Origin: Pseudonocardiaceae bacterium
GTDB taxonomy: Bacteria; Actinomycetota; Actinomycetes; Mycobacteriales; Pseudonocardiaceae
Assembly (NCBI GenBank): GCA_050699895.1
Contig: JBOHFY010000037.1
Location: 1 to 38,964 of the forward strand
Length of the DNA stretch: 38,964 nucleotides
Direction: 5' to 3'
Below, one piece after another: positions 1 to 7,708 of the stretch. The stretch's first letter is position 1; the number at the start of each line of letters is the position of its first letter. Made by a program: the position numbers and the translations under genes. The notes beneath the pieces are model-generated. The model was not told where the DNA came from, ran no database searches, and worked only from the letters and a program-made list of their open reading frames with translations.

Positions 1-1
1 C

Positions 2-103
2 CAGAAATCCGCCACGGCCTGCACTGGTCGATCTTTCGGCGCTGGCATCAAGCCCAAGCCCGCCGAGCCCACGTTCGGCGCCACCTCCGCCTTCAGACCC
101 TAA
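2..103 (+). CDS. 3' end of an unidentified CDS entering from the left edge (partial)
   Basis: The frame is open from the window edge to TAA at 101-103, with mostly G/C-ending codons. The 33 visible residues (..KPKPAEPTFGATSAFRP*) match no family I recognise. Confidence 0.3.
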   Translation, partial: QKSATACTGRSFGAGIKPKPAEPTFGATSAFRP

Positions 104-208
104 TGATCTAGCACTGTAGTACTAGCCCGCGATGAGCGCGGGGACTGGGTTCGGCTGTAGATGCCGCGTTACGGCCCGGTGTGGCTGGAGACCACGCGCG
201 AGCAGTGA

Positions 209-1303
209 TCACCCAGGGGTGGGCATCAGCGCTTTCCACCTGGCGGCGAGTACCGCAGGACAGGAAATCGCCGGAACACCCAGTGCAGCGATCCGGTCGA
301 CAAGAGCAGGCGACGGCCGCAGATCCAGGCCCAGCGAATACCGGATGGGTCGCCCGACGACCGCCGCCGAGACCCGATCGATGAGAACGGCCACTCCCTC
401 GCTTATCCTGTCCGTGGGCATCAGCAGGCGGCTGACGACATCGCGGTTCCAGGCGACGGTGAACTGAGTGAGGTCATTGAGCCCGATCTCGACGCTCGAG
501 CAGCGGTCGACGATCTGTCCCAGACACAACGCTGCCTCCGGGCACTCGACCGTCACACCGATACTCGACGTGAGCGGCGCCATCCGCCGCGCGAAAGCCT
601 CGAACTCGTCCGCGTGCGCGTACATCGGCAGGACCACGGTTGGTTCTCGGGCCAGATCAAGATCGTCGACCCAGCGGAGAAACAGGTCCACCGCGCGCCC
701 GTCGAGCGCCACACGGGCACCCCGGTACCCCATTGTCGCATCGGCTGCGGACGGCACCGGATGGTGGTCGAAGAACCTGATCTCCAGCGCCTCCCGGTGG
801 ACGTCCGCCAGTTCTGCGCACAGGCGTCGGGCGTCGTCCCTACCTAGGCGTACAAGGCCTTCGACATTGACGACACCGATACCATCGGCGATGCTGACAG
901 TCGGAAGGTCGGCCGGGATCGCCACTTCGGCCAGCACATCGAGCATAGCCGACGCGCGTGGCGGATGCGCTGCGGCCGAGGGCCGGGTCCCTTCGCGTAT
1001 CTCGCCTGTGTCGAAGTCGACCAGCACATGCGCGCCGTCGGCCCACCGGCTCACGTCGACGCCGGTAAGGACCGGAACCCCCAGTCGCCACACGTTGACG
1101 GCGCTGTGTGAGTACGCACTGACTCGCTCTGGTGTCAGAACCGCGCACACCGCCGGGGAGAGCTGGTCTCGGGAGAGCGAGGTGACCCGCGCGACGACCC
1201 ACACCACGCGGGCGTCCGGATCAATCGCCAAGCCTGCCGGATCCCGGCTCCGGCGAAGTTCGCCCACCACCGAGCTCCACCCGAAAGACACGGTCTCACT
1301 CAT
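209..1303 (-). CDS. PEP-utilising enzyme family protein: phosphohistidine swivel domain plus PEP-binding TIM barrel, without an ATP-grasp or HPr-binding N-domain
   Basis: The swivel-domain signature is VSAYSHSAVNVWRLGVPVLTG..VLVDFDTGEI (His in the SH dipeptide). The barrel signatures are MGYRGAR, VLPMYAHADEFEAF and ECPEAAL..VEIGLNDLTQF. I chose ATG 1303 because it forms an ATGA overlap (1300-1303) with the stop of the upstream gene. The track extension to 1471 is Pro/Arg-rich and overlaps the aminotransferase. Confidence 0.8.
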   Translation of the reverse strand: MSETVSFGWSSVVGELRRSRDPAGLAIDPDARVVWVVARVTSLSRDQLSPAVCAVLTPERVSAYSHSAVNVWRLGVPVLTGVDVSRWADGAHVLVDFDTGEIREGTRPSAAAHPPRASAMLDVLAEVAIPADLPTVSIADGIGVVNVEGLVRLGRDDARRLCAELADVHREALEIRFFDHHPVPSAADATMGYRGARVALDGRAVDLFLRWVDDLDLAREPTVVLPMYAHADEFEAFARRMAPLTSSIGVTVECPEAALCLGQIVDRCSSVEIGLNDLTQFTVAWNRDVVSRLLMPTDRISEGVAVLIDRVSAAVVGRPIRYSLGLDLRPSPALVDRIAALGVPAISCPAVLAARWKALMPTPG

Positions 1304-2421
1304 GCGCGCGACCGCGTTTCGCCGGTCATCCGCACTCGGTGCAGGAGGTCGCGGGCATTGATCAGGTCCTCGGTGGGGCGGGCCAGCGGCACGCGGAAAA
1401 GCCGGTGGCCGCGCGCCGAGGACCAGTAGTAGTTCTGCGCGGGCAGAACCTCGACACCCACGTCCCGGCATGCGGCCCAGAAGGAGTGCGCGGTCATTCC
1501 GGCAGGCACCCCCAGAAGTTCCAGGGGGACGTTGGCACAGTCGCCGTGGTGCTCATACCCGTCGGACCGGACCAGCTCGTGAATGACCCCGCGATTCCTG
1601 CGCACGGTGGATCGGATCGTCGCGTCCAGACCGCGCTCCCGAGAGTCCACAACGAACCTCGTCAGGACGGCTAGGTGCAGCGGCGAAACATGAAGCAACA
1701 ACTGGTCATGCAGCACGTGCAGATCCTCAGCGAACCCAGCGGAGGCTGCGGTCACACCGACCTTGATGTCGTGCAGGGACCATGTCTTGCCGGTGTCCTC
1801 CACCACCATGTGCTCGACGCCGCCGGTCTGGAGCACGTCGTACATGTCCCATCCCAGCATCGCCTCCGAATGCGGACGGAAGCTCGCGTCCACGATCAGC
1901 GCGCAGTTCCTACCCCGGCACTGCGCCACAACCGCGCGGAACTCGGCCTCGGACAGGCAGAACCCAGTGGGATTGTTGGGCAGAACCAGCCACAGGGCAG
2001 CCTTGCCTGAGGGCCATACCAACCGCTCCAGCGCACGTAGTGAGCATTCGCTGACCGCCGAGACAGTCACCTCCTCGAACTCGAGAAAATGGCGGATGTT
2101 GTCGAATACCGGTTCGATAAGTAGTACGCGCAAGCCCTGTCGTCGGCAAGTCTGGGCGATTATCTTCAGGCCAGAAGAAGCAGAGAAACTCAAGTGGAGG
2201 CCAGCCGATCGCAAGGCGGACGGCTGCCCACACAAGTCGAAGAACGCTCGCAGGAAGCTGGTTTCGAGGCTTTCCTGGTTGGCGCGGTCGATCTCGTGGA
2301 ACAAATCCGGCAACGAGTGGATGATCTCTCGCTGCCGGGTGTCCAGCGGTAGTCGCGCGTGCCCGTCTGACAGGTTGATTCCGCCGGTCAGAGCCAGTCT
2401 TTCGTACTCAGTGTTGGTCAT
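1300..2421 (-). CDS. PLP-dependent aminotransferase class I/II fold enzyme
   Basis: Motifs are LVLPNNPTGF, ALIVDASFR and VVEDTGKTWSL (candidate PLP lysine). Length is about 373 aa from ATG 2421 (MTNTEYERL). ATG 2448 is an alternative start. Confidence 0.85.
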   Translation of the reverse strand: MTNTEYERLALTGGINLSDGHARLPLDTRQREIIHSLPDLFHEIDRANQESLETSFLRAFFDLCGQPSALRSAGLHLSFSASSGLKIIAQTCRRQGLRVLLIEPVFDNIRHFLEFEEVTVSAVSECSLRALERLVWPSGKAALWLVLPNNPTGFCLSEAEFRAVVAQCRGRNCALIVDASFRPHSEAMLGWDMYDVLQTGGVEHMVVEDTGKTWSLHDIKVGVTAASAGFAEDLHVLHDQLLLHVSPLHLAVLTRFVVDSRERGLDATIRSTVRRNRGVIHELVRSDGYEHHGDCANVPLELLGVPAGMTAHSFWAACRDVGVEVLPAQNYYWSSARGHRLFRVPLARPTEDLINARDLLHRVRMTGETRSRA

Positions 2422-2440
2422 CGGTGCTCGCGGCTGTCGG

Positions 2441-3376
2441 CTACGCATGGACCACCCCTGGCGCCACCCAGTGGACAGTGTCCGGGTCCTGTGACAGCAC
2501 CAGCGCTCGCTTAATCCACCGCTCCCGGGCACTGGTGTGGGGAGCGAAGGCAGAGCGCCAGTGGACCGTGCGACGGTTGTTGAAGACAAGCAAGTCGCCC
2601 GCGCGCAGCATCACCTCGAACCTGGCCCGGGCGATCTCGCGCACCATCAGGGCCAGGATCTCTCGAGTCGCGGCGCCCTCCACCACTGTGTAAGCCGGGT
2701 CGTAGATGAGCTCCATTCCCCGAGTGGTGGCGAGCAGAGTACGGACGTCCGTGCGCACGGCATCCTTGCGCTGGTACGAGTCGTCGAGGCGGAGACGCAC
2801 CGGCGTCTCGGTCAGCAGGCTCTGCTCATGGTCTGAGAAAGTCATGTCGTCGTAGCGTGCGAGGGCCGTCATCACGCCAGGGCCGTTGCGCAGGCACAGT
2901 AGGATTACCCAGTCCGGCCGCGCCGGATGACACCCGTCCTCGACGTGCCACTGCAGTTCGGAGCATCCCGAGCCCAGCTGAGTCCGAGCGTCTTCTGCGA
3001 TGTAGTAGACGTCGTGGATGTGCCGGGGATTTCGCTTCCCGTCTATTGTGTACAGAACGCCGAGAGCGGCGGCGACGCTGCCAACGACGGCGTCCGCCAC
3101 GGGCAACTGGACGGCACACACGCGCTCGTGCGGAGTAGGCGGGATATGCCTGTCCAACGCGAGCCCGGACACCACCCCGAAGCCATGGACCGAGACGGCG
3201 TCGAGCCACGACCTGAGCGGGGCGAAGACCTCGCTGTCGGCGATTCGCCGACACGCAGCCCAGTAGCGGCAGTAGCCCTTGTGAATGCCGTGAGTGACCG
3301 ACTCGCAGTGGCGGCGAAGCCGGAACGCGGCCTCACTGGAGAGACGAGCGCTCGGCGGGACCGGAACCGCACTCAC
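2441..3376 (-). CDS. Fe(II)/2-oxoglutarate-dependent amino-acid beta-hydroxylase, clavaminate-synthase-like (VioC/AsnO family)
   Basis: ELQWHVEDGCHPARPDWVILLCLRNGPGV (HxE of the facial triad) and LLVFNNRRTVHWRSAF..RERWIKR parallel VioC ELGWHTEDAF..YVGLLSLRN and DNRRAVHGR..RWLKR, as I recall them. There is no in-frame ATG downstream of the Nudix gene. GTG 3376 gives a GTGA start/stop overlap with Nudix, and GTG 3385 is an alternative. Confidence 0.8.
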   Translation of the reverse strand: MSAVPVPPSARLSSEAAFRLRRHCESVTHGIHKGYCRYWAACRRIADSEVFAPLRSWLDAVSVHGFGVVSGLALDRHIPPTPHERVCAVQLPVADAVVGSVAAALGVLYTIDGKRNPRHIHDVYYIAEDARTQLGSGCSELQWHVEDGCHPARPDWVILLCLRNGPGVMTALARYDDMTFSDHEQSLLTETPVRLRLDDSYQRKDAVRTDVRTLLATTRGMELIYDPAYTVVEGAATREILALMVREIARARFEVMLRAGDLLVFNNRRTVHWRSAFAPHTSARERWIKRALVLSQDPDTVHWVAPGVVHA

Positions 3377-3975
3377 GGCATCCACGCTCGCTCGAAAGCG
3401 TCCAGCATCGCTTCGCGCTCGGACGGGAGGATACCCGCACGGCCGAGCTGGTACATCAGCTCCGCGTCCTGGATATTGCCCACGCCCTGGAAGTCGAGTA
3501 GATCGTCCGCGGGCACGGGGACCAGGCGAATCTGCTCGCCCGCGTCGAGACTCGTGCCTGCAGGCTCCGACAGCCCGCCTGCCCAGTAGATGTACACCGC
3601 CCAGTCGATCTTGCTCAGCGGCTGCCATGCAGTCCACGGCACCAACCGCTGTGCGGTGTATCCAGACTCCTCGGCCAGTTCCCGGCCCGCAGCAGCCTCG
3701 GGTGACTCTCCATTCTCGATACGTCCGCCGATGGTGTGCAGGCGTTCACCGACACCCGGCTGCCGCTCCGCGGCGAGCAGCACGTTCTTCTCCTTGGTCA
3801 CCGGCAGGACAAGGACGGTGTCGGTCCGGCTGAGCACTTCGAACCGGCGGCTGGTGCCGTCGAACATCGGCTGGTCCCACTGCCATGCGGTGAAGACCGG
3901 CCCTCTGTAGACGACTGTGGCGGTATCAGGTCTGGGCGTTAGTGGCTGAGGCCGCATTGTGGTGCTCCTCTCCAT
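3373..3975 (-). CDS. Nudix hydrolase (ADP-ribose pyrophosphatase-like)
   Basis: A complete Nudix box is present: GGRIENGESPEAAAGRELAEESGY (GX5EX7REUXEEXGU). A GAGGA SD lies about 7 nt upstream of ATG 3975. ATG 3957 is an alternative start. Confidence 0.9.
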   Translation of the reverse strand: MERSTTMRPQPLTPRPDTATVVYRGPVFTAWQWDQPMFDGTSRRFEVLSRTDTVLVLPVTKEKNVLLAAERQPGVGERLHTIGGRIENGESPEAAAGRELAEESGYTAQRLVPWTAWQPLSKIDWAVYIYWAGGLSEPAGTSLDAGEQIRLVPVPADDLLDFQGVGNIQDAELMYQLGRAGILPSEREAMLDAFERAWMP

Positions 3976-3985
3976 GTAGGGATCC

Positions 3986-6160
3986 TCACCGCCGCCTGCC
4001 TGCGATGAGCAATCGTATTCTTGCGGTGATCCTGCGCAGGGGTCCGAAGAAGCTGAAGCTGATCACTAGGGCTGTGGCGATCGCCGCAGCAGCGCCATAG
4101 AGGTAGACTTCCACAGTCCACTTGTAGTGCTGGCCCACCGTGACGACCAGCGTGGTGAGGAGGCTTGACATGGCCAGCGCGAGCACAAGGCTGTTCATCA
4201 GCATCTGCTCGCGCAGTGACGACTCCCCCTGCGCCGAGGCCAGTCTGGTGCGCATGTACTCATAGTCGGAGTCCAGCCGCAGTATCGACCGGAGCTTCTC
4301 GTATTCACGGCGGTAGAAGAAGTCCGCGAGATCGAGGTCGTAGACCTCGGAAAGCTCGGTCGACAGATCTTGGACCGCGCGCAGGACGTGTCGCAGGTCA
4401 GTGATCGTATCGATGTTGTCGTGAAAGCGACCCAGCAGAGCGCGCACACACGAGAACGCGACATCGAGGTAGATCTGCCAGGCGAACCACCGCAGCATCG
4501 AGTGGTTAGGATATTGTTCCGAACCCTGCGGGTAAAGCACGAACTTGCTGTCCAGGTGCGGATTATAGAACGTGAGGCCGGACATGTCGGCGCCGTGGGC
4601 GTTTCCGACGCCGAGGCTGCGGAAATCGACGGTATCGCTGGTGGAGAACGCCTGAGCAGGGTTGACATGATCAGCGTAGAACACCGAACGGTGCAGTACC
4701 CGCTCGAACATCTTGTCCTCGTCGCCCGCGCTCCACCTCGCCCACGGGGCATGTCGTCCGCCGGGCCAGTCCACCAGATAGCAGACACTTCCCATTGAGC
4801 TCTCCACCAGCCCTCTAACGGCGGCTGCACTGGCCCGGGCGTACCGGGCGGCGTTCCCGTTGCAGGTCCAGCGAACCAGGTTGTCGGCGAGCCTGGCGAC
4901 CAGATCCGGAATCGAGGTCGAGGTGCCCCCACCGCCCAGGTAGTCCACGAGGGGGCCGTCGATCGTATACACACCCCCGGATTGCTGGACCGTTCCGGAC
5001 TCGGACAGGTCTACCGCGATCTCGGTCGTCTCCGCGACCCCGGTGCGGCGGGCGACGAGCGCACCATTGTCATCGGACTGGACCGGCACGACGATGAAGG
5101 TCAGGCCGATGGTGCTGCGGAATCGTGACGAATTCGGCAGCCTGCTCAGGCTGAGCAGCGGCACCACTGCGAGAACGGGACTTCCCGCCCGGGAGAGCAC
5201 GGCCGATGGGAGCATGACCGAGTACAGCCTGGCACTGTAGTCGGCCCGGAACAGCTTGGTGCGCCTGATGCCTAACAGGTACAGGAGGTTGTATTCCAGG
5301 AGTCGAAGGTCCCGGGCGTGCTGCCCACCGGACTCCTGCTCCACGAGGAACTCGCGACACCATTCACGGCCGTCGCTGGACACATAGGTGGAGATGTAGT
5401 CGCTCCGCTGCGCCGCACTCACGCTGCCCCGGTAGTTGAGCGCAGCGGAGAGTGCGGGGTGCAAGATGCGCCGCTGAGTTCCCATGGTGCTCTCGGGCCG
5501 CATCGCGGCCTGCTCGGCCGAATGCGGAAACAGTTCTTTGTGCACGTCAAGGATGCTCTTGAGCCTGGCCCCATTCTGGACGAAGGCGTGCAGTTTCGCG
5601 GCCAGGCTCGACTCGCCGGCCCTCGCCGAGTGCCCTGCGGTCAGCACGTTCCCAGCGAGCAGATCGATGGCGATGCTCCTCGACACGATCGCCCAGTCGG
5701 CGCACCGGGCGAGTCGCACCAAGCCCCCGTGGTATCGCAGTAACTGTTCCAGGCTTGCGGCATCCTCGGTCCACGAGAGCGCGAGCCCTGGTTCTCCTGC
5801 GGTCTGACGGGTGTAGACGCTGTACCGCTCGTAGTTAGTGCGCAGGACGATCTCGCACGTTTGCCATCTGCGGTCCGTCTCGGCGGGCGCTTCGCACTGT
5901 GGGTCGTACCCGAGACCAACGCGAACACCGTCGACAACGAGGTGGACTCCGTGTTCGTGCGCCGACTCCCGACCGACGTCGTCACCGAGCAGATCAGCGA
6001 ACCGTGGTTCCTTGGCGAGAGTGAGCAGGGCACCTGCGGGTGCGCCGTACTCGCGCAGGCCATCGTGAACCGAGCCCGTCAGCGAGTCGCCCCCCTCCAG
6101 ATTCCCCGACCCGTTCTCGGAATACGACCGGACCGCGTCACGGACCAACACGAGGACCAT
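3986..6160 (-). CDS. Orphan 724-aa protein: large soluble N-region, helical stalk and two C-terminal transmembrane helices
   Basis: The ORF is uninterrupted and its start overlaps the LLM stop (TGATG at 6158-6162). The C-terminus is SLVLALAMSSLLTTLVVTV - GQHYKWTVEVY - LYGAAAAIATALVISFSFF followed by a basic tail. I recognise no catalytic motif. It contains two in-frame TTA Leu codons ('taa' on the + strand at 5273-5275 and 5741-5743). Confidence 0.75.
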   Translation of the reverse strand: MVLVLVRDAVRSYSENGSGNLEGGDSLTGSVHDGLREYGAPAGALLTLAKEPRFADLLGDDVGRESAHEHGVHLVVDGVRVGLGYDPQCEAPAETDRRWQTCEIVLRTNYERYSVYTRQTAGEPGLALSWTEDAASLEQLLRYHGGLVRLARCADWAIVSRSIAIDLLAGNVLTAGHSARAGESSLAAKLHAFVQNGARLKSILDVHKELFPHSAEQAAMRPESTMGTQRRILHPALSAALNYRGSVSAAQRSDYISTYVSSDGREWCREFLVEQESGGQHARDLRLLEYNLLYLLGIRRTKLFRADYSARLYSVMLPSAVLSRAGSPVLAVVPLLSLSRLPNSSRFRSTIGLTFIVVPVQSDDNGALVARRTGVAETTEIAVDLSESGTVQQSGGVYTIDGPLVDYLGGGGTSTSIPDLVARLADNLVRWTCNGNAARYARASAAAVRGLVESSMGSVCYLVDWPGGRHAPWARWSAGDEDKMFERVLHRSVFYADHVNPAQAFSTSDTVDFRSLGVGNAHGADMSGLTFYNPHLDSKFVLYPQGSEQYPNHSMLRWFAWQIYLDVAFSCVRALLGRFHDNIDTITDLRHVLRAVQDLSTELSEVYDLDLADFFYRREYEKLRSILRLDSDYEYMRTRLASAQGESSLREQMLMNSLVLALAMSSLLTTLVVTVGQHYKWTVEVYLYGAAAAIATALVISFSFFGPLRRITARIRLLIAGRRR

Positions 6161-7101
6161 CAGCCGTCCTCCCCCAGCCGCATGTTTCCGGACAGCAGCG
6201 GCAGCACTCTGGTGCCGAATAAGTCGATCATGTGCGCGGCCTCGTCGAGATCGCGACCGCCGAAAGCGAACTCGAACACCAGATGCTCACACGCGGTCCG
6301 CTCTCCGATGGTCTGGATCTGCTCAGCCGCGTCCACGGCGGACCCGACCACCTGGCTGCCCACAGCGGACTGGACCTGCTCGGGTGTGGGACGTGTCGGC
6401 GTAACCCCGTAGTGCTTGTTCCTGAGTACGAGGTCGGCGTGGGTCACCCGCAGAGCCAGCCGCCTGGCCGCCTCCGTCGTGCGAGCGAGCGTGATCGGCA
6501 CGAAGACGACCGATCCGGGACTGCGCGGCATGGTGGGAGCATAGTTGCGCATGACGCGGATGCCCAGGATGTCGAGCCGCCTGCCCGCAGTGTAGAACCG
6601 CTTGTGCGGCGAGTAGCGCGGACGTGGCCGGATCGGTGTGGAATGCGAGGCGGGGTCGGACGCAAGGAGCTCGATCAGGCGGGACATCATCAAGGGAAAT
6701 CGTTCAACGGATGTCGCCTTATCGCACCCCAGACCCTCGTATTCTGCGGTACTCCTGCCCACACCAAATCCGAACAGGCACCGACCACGCGTCAGGTTGT
6801 CCAGCAGCGCTATCTGCTCAGCCAGTCGCACCGTGTCGTGCAGAGGCAGAACGAGCACGGACGTGCCAAAGGTGGCCTCCGGGAGGCGGCCCGCCAGGAA
6901 GCCGATGGTCAACAACGGCGCAGGGGAGACGAGATAGCCGGAGAAGTGGTGCTCGAACACGAAGATAGAACGCAGTCCGCGCTCGTACCCATGGGTGACG
7001 AGATCCAAGTGGCTGTGCAGGTCCGCGCAGTCGTCGCCGGTGCCCAGCTCATAGGTGTTGAGCGCGATTCCGAACTTCACCTCACGCCCGCCCCTACTCA
7101 C
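6160..7101 (-). CDS. Luciferase-like (LLM class) flavin/F420-dependent oxidoreductase
   Basis: The N-terminus ..VKFGIALNTYELG.. and GTSVLVLPLHDTVRLAEQIALLDNLTRGRCLFGFGVGR are typical of the LLM family. GTG 7101 overlaps the kinase gene by 8 nt. GTG 7080 (VKFGI) is an alternative start. Confidence 0.8.
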   Translation of the reverse strand: MSRGGREVKFGIALNTYELGTGDDCADLHSHLDLVTHGYERGLRSIFVFEHHFSGYLVSPAPLLTIGFLAGRLPEATFGTSVLVLPLHDTVRLAEQIALLDNLTRGRCLFGFGVGRSTAEYEGLGCDKATSVERFPLMMSRLIELLASDPASHSTPIRPRPRYSPHKRFYTAGRRLDILGIRVMRNYAPTMPRSPGSVVFVPITLARTTEAARRLALRVTHADLVLRNKHYGVTPTRPTPEQVQSAVGSQVVGSAVDAAEQIQTIGERTACEHLVFEFAFGGRDLDEAAHMIDLFGTRVLPLLSGNMRLGEDG

Positions 7102-7702
7102 CGTAGCCGAATGGCCAGCGCCGCCTCGGAGGTCCTGTCTGGCAGTATAGATCAGCGCGTGACATCACCTCGTCGAATTGGTGACGTAGATCCATCGTGT
7201 CACCGACGTTCAACAGCGTCGCTGTGATCGTCGGTATCTTCACCAGGTAGTCGTGTCGCACCGAAACATGTTCCGCAACTCGGATCTTGATCTGGTCAGG
7301 TGCCGTTCCACGCTGGTCGAGCAGCCGCAGGAGCTCGGCGCGCCCCATAGGTCGGTACAGGTAGATGTGGACCAGATCGAATTCGTGAGCCAGCACGGCG
7401 ATGATACTGGGCTCGGTGCATACGAGGACCGACGTCCTGCCCGAGGAGCCCGCGTCCCTGACATCATCGATGGACACTGCGTACCGCTTTCCCAACGTAC
7501 CCCAGATCACCAGCCTAGGACTGTCCGCAATAGCCGTGACGAAGGAGAACTCCCACGAGTTATCCGAGGAACGACGGGGACGCGTGGTGAGTTTGGTCGG
7601 GATGGCGTAGCGGCCTGAGGGGTGTTCTTTGGCGTAGGCGAGAAGCTCTGACTTGCCGGAACCGGTGACGCCGTCGAGGATCACCACCCGGGGCCGCGAC
7701 AA
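7094..7702 (-). CDS. P-loop kinase of the guanylate-kinase / PhnN-like fold
   Basis: The Walker A motif is VVILDGVTGSGKSEL, and it is followed by a Gmk-like TTRPRR..EFSFV segment. The start is TTG 7702, 6 nt after the HIT stop. Confidence 0.7.
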   Translation of the reverse strand: MSRPRVVILDGVTGSGKSELLAYAKEHPSGRYAIPTKLTTRPRRSSDNSWEFSFVTAIADSPRLVIWGTLGKRYAVSIDDVRDAGSSGRTSVLVCTEPSIIAVLAHEFDLVHIYLYRPMGRAELLRLLDQRGTAPDQIKIRVAEHVSVRHDYLVKIPTITATLLNVGDTMDLRHQFDEVMSRADLYCQTGPPRRRWPFGYGE

Positions 7703-7708
7703 TTTATC

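Noticed and set aside
126-142. A GC hairpin (CCCGCG-ATGAG-CGCGGG) between the convergent genes at the left edge, considered as a possible bidirectional terminator.
   Set aside because: The stem is only 6 bp and has no flanking T or A tract. That is too weak to call.
468-1361. Long ORFs antisense to or out of phase with the called genes. Examples are 468-1361 +, 4198-4974 -, 6232-7227 +, 8588-9568 +, 10055-10975 -, 12059-12811 -, 16591-17727 -, 19998-20726 +, 28592-29818 -, 32222-33196 +, 33376-34599 +, 35128-36159 + and 36195-36860 +.
   Set aside because: These are typical high-GC shadow ORFs. Their products are Arg/Pro/Gly/Ala-rich with no motifs. Each fully overlaps a gene whose product has clear family signatures and the proper third-position GC bias.
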